The notes under the pieces were generated by a model. It had not been told where the DNA came from and did no database searches. It saw only the letters and a program-made list of their open reading frames with translations. A DNA stretch of 64,000 nucleotides. It comes from Candidatus Thorarchaeota archaeon (lineage in GTDB: Archaea > Asgardarchaeota > Thorarchaeia > Thorarchaeales > Thorarchaeaceae). The stretch lies in the NCBI GenBank assembly GCA_048884965.1, contig JBHLQH010000006.1, forward strand, positions 32,001 to 96,000. Reading direction: 5' to 3'. Below are positions 63,458 to 64,000 of this stretch, one piece after another (the stretch's first letter is position 1; every line of letters starts with the position of its first letter). The position numbers and the translations under genes are program-made.

Positions 63458-64000
63458 TAGGAGGTGCAGTGACATTGCAATTCGAATGGTTCTTTGACTG
63501 GCTTGCTGGAATTCCTACGTGGCTTTTCGATGTTATATATTGGATAATTGACATCATAATGGGAATCATCTTTTGGATAGAGGATCTAGTCAGATTTCTC
63601 TGGATTCTCATTGTCGACAACTTCTTCTTCCTACTCAAGGCAGTCCTATTCCCAGGATTGATTTTCGTTGTAATGGGACTCATCTATTTCGTTTGGTTTA
63701 CACGAAAACTCTGGGGTCGCATTCAGATGCGAAGAGGTCCAATGCACTTGGGTAAGTATGGTGGCGTGCAACTCTTTGCTGATGCTATCAAGCTCATCTC
63801 AAAGGAAACCATTATCCCCACCAACGCTCGAAGATGGATGTACCGCTTCCTTCCTTCGCTACTACTCATAGTCGTACTCATTCCATTTGCATTCATTCCA
63901 TGGGATACGACATGGTTCATCGCTGACCTTTCAGTAAGCCTTGTACTGGTGTTCGCATTCCTTGCTGCAGTGCCTGTCATTGCTCTTCTAGCGGGTTGGA
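63454..64000 (+). CDS. nuoH: Complex I-like subunit H, runs off window
   Basis: Not in ORF track. Manual translation gives ...WFTRKLWGRIQMRRGPMHLGKYGGVQLFADAIKLISKETIIP... ATG overlaps the nuoD stop (GTG 63469 is an alternative start). Confidence 0.9.
   Translation, partial: MIGGAVTLQFEWFFDWLAGIPTWLFDVIYWIIDIIMGIIFWIEDLVRFLWILIVDNFFFLLKAVLFPGLIFVVMGLIYFVWFTRKLWGRIQMRRGPMHLGKYGGVQLFADAIKLISKETIIPTNARRWMYRFLPSLLLIVVLIPFAFIPWDTTWFIADLSVSLVLVFAFLAAVPVIALLAGW

Noticed and set aside
1-64000. CRISPR arrays, IS elements, integrases, rRNA/tRNA genes
   Set aside because: No spaced direct repeats, transposase/integrase motifs or structured RNA genes were recognised by eye. A tRNAscan/Infernal run would be needed to exclude them fully.

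Overview
64-kb, gene-dense window from an archaeon, most likely an Asgard archaeon (Thorarchaeia-like). This is inferred from the class I LysRS, archaeal CoaD/GlyRS, geranylgeranyl reductase, Rab-like GTPase and SNAP-like helical-repeat proteins. I found no rRNA, tRNA, CRISPR array or mobile element. The left and middle parts hold housekeeping and accessory genes: AlaX, HMG-CoA reductase, glyS, lysS, mutS/mutL, tal/rpe, ferritin, two RACo-type activators with an MtrH-like methyltransferase, a 1953-aa surface glycoprotein, esterases and an ABC pair. The most striking feature is at the right end (about 49.3-64 kb). An isoprenoid-quinone gene cluster (GGR, long-chain prenyl synthase, menA-like) sits next to a complex-I/MBS-like membrane oxidoreductase locus. 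There, the NuoB (N2-cluster) subunit is fused in frame to a GlcD/D-lactate-dehydrogenase-type FAD oxidoreductase, with a divergently transcribed GlcF/HdrD-like Fe-S/CCG protein. The nuoA-J-K-C-D-H operon is rearranged, and its NuoD has hybrid Nuo/Mbx motifs. Together this suggests an unusual 2-hydroxyacid-type-dehydrogenase-fed, ion-translocating complex. A convergent pair of SNAP-like proteins, one fused to Ig-like domains, is a second highlight. All family assignments come from motif recognition by eye, not from database searches.
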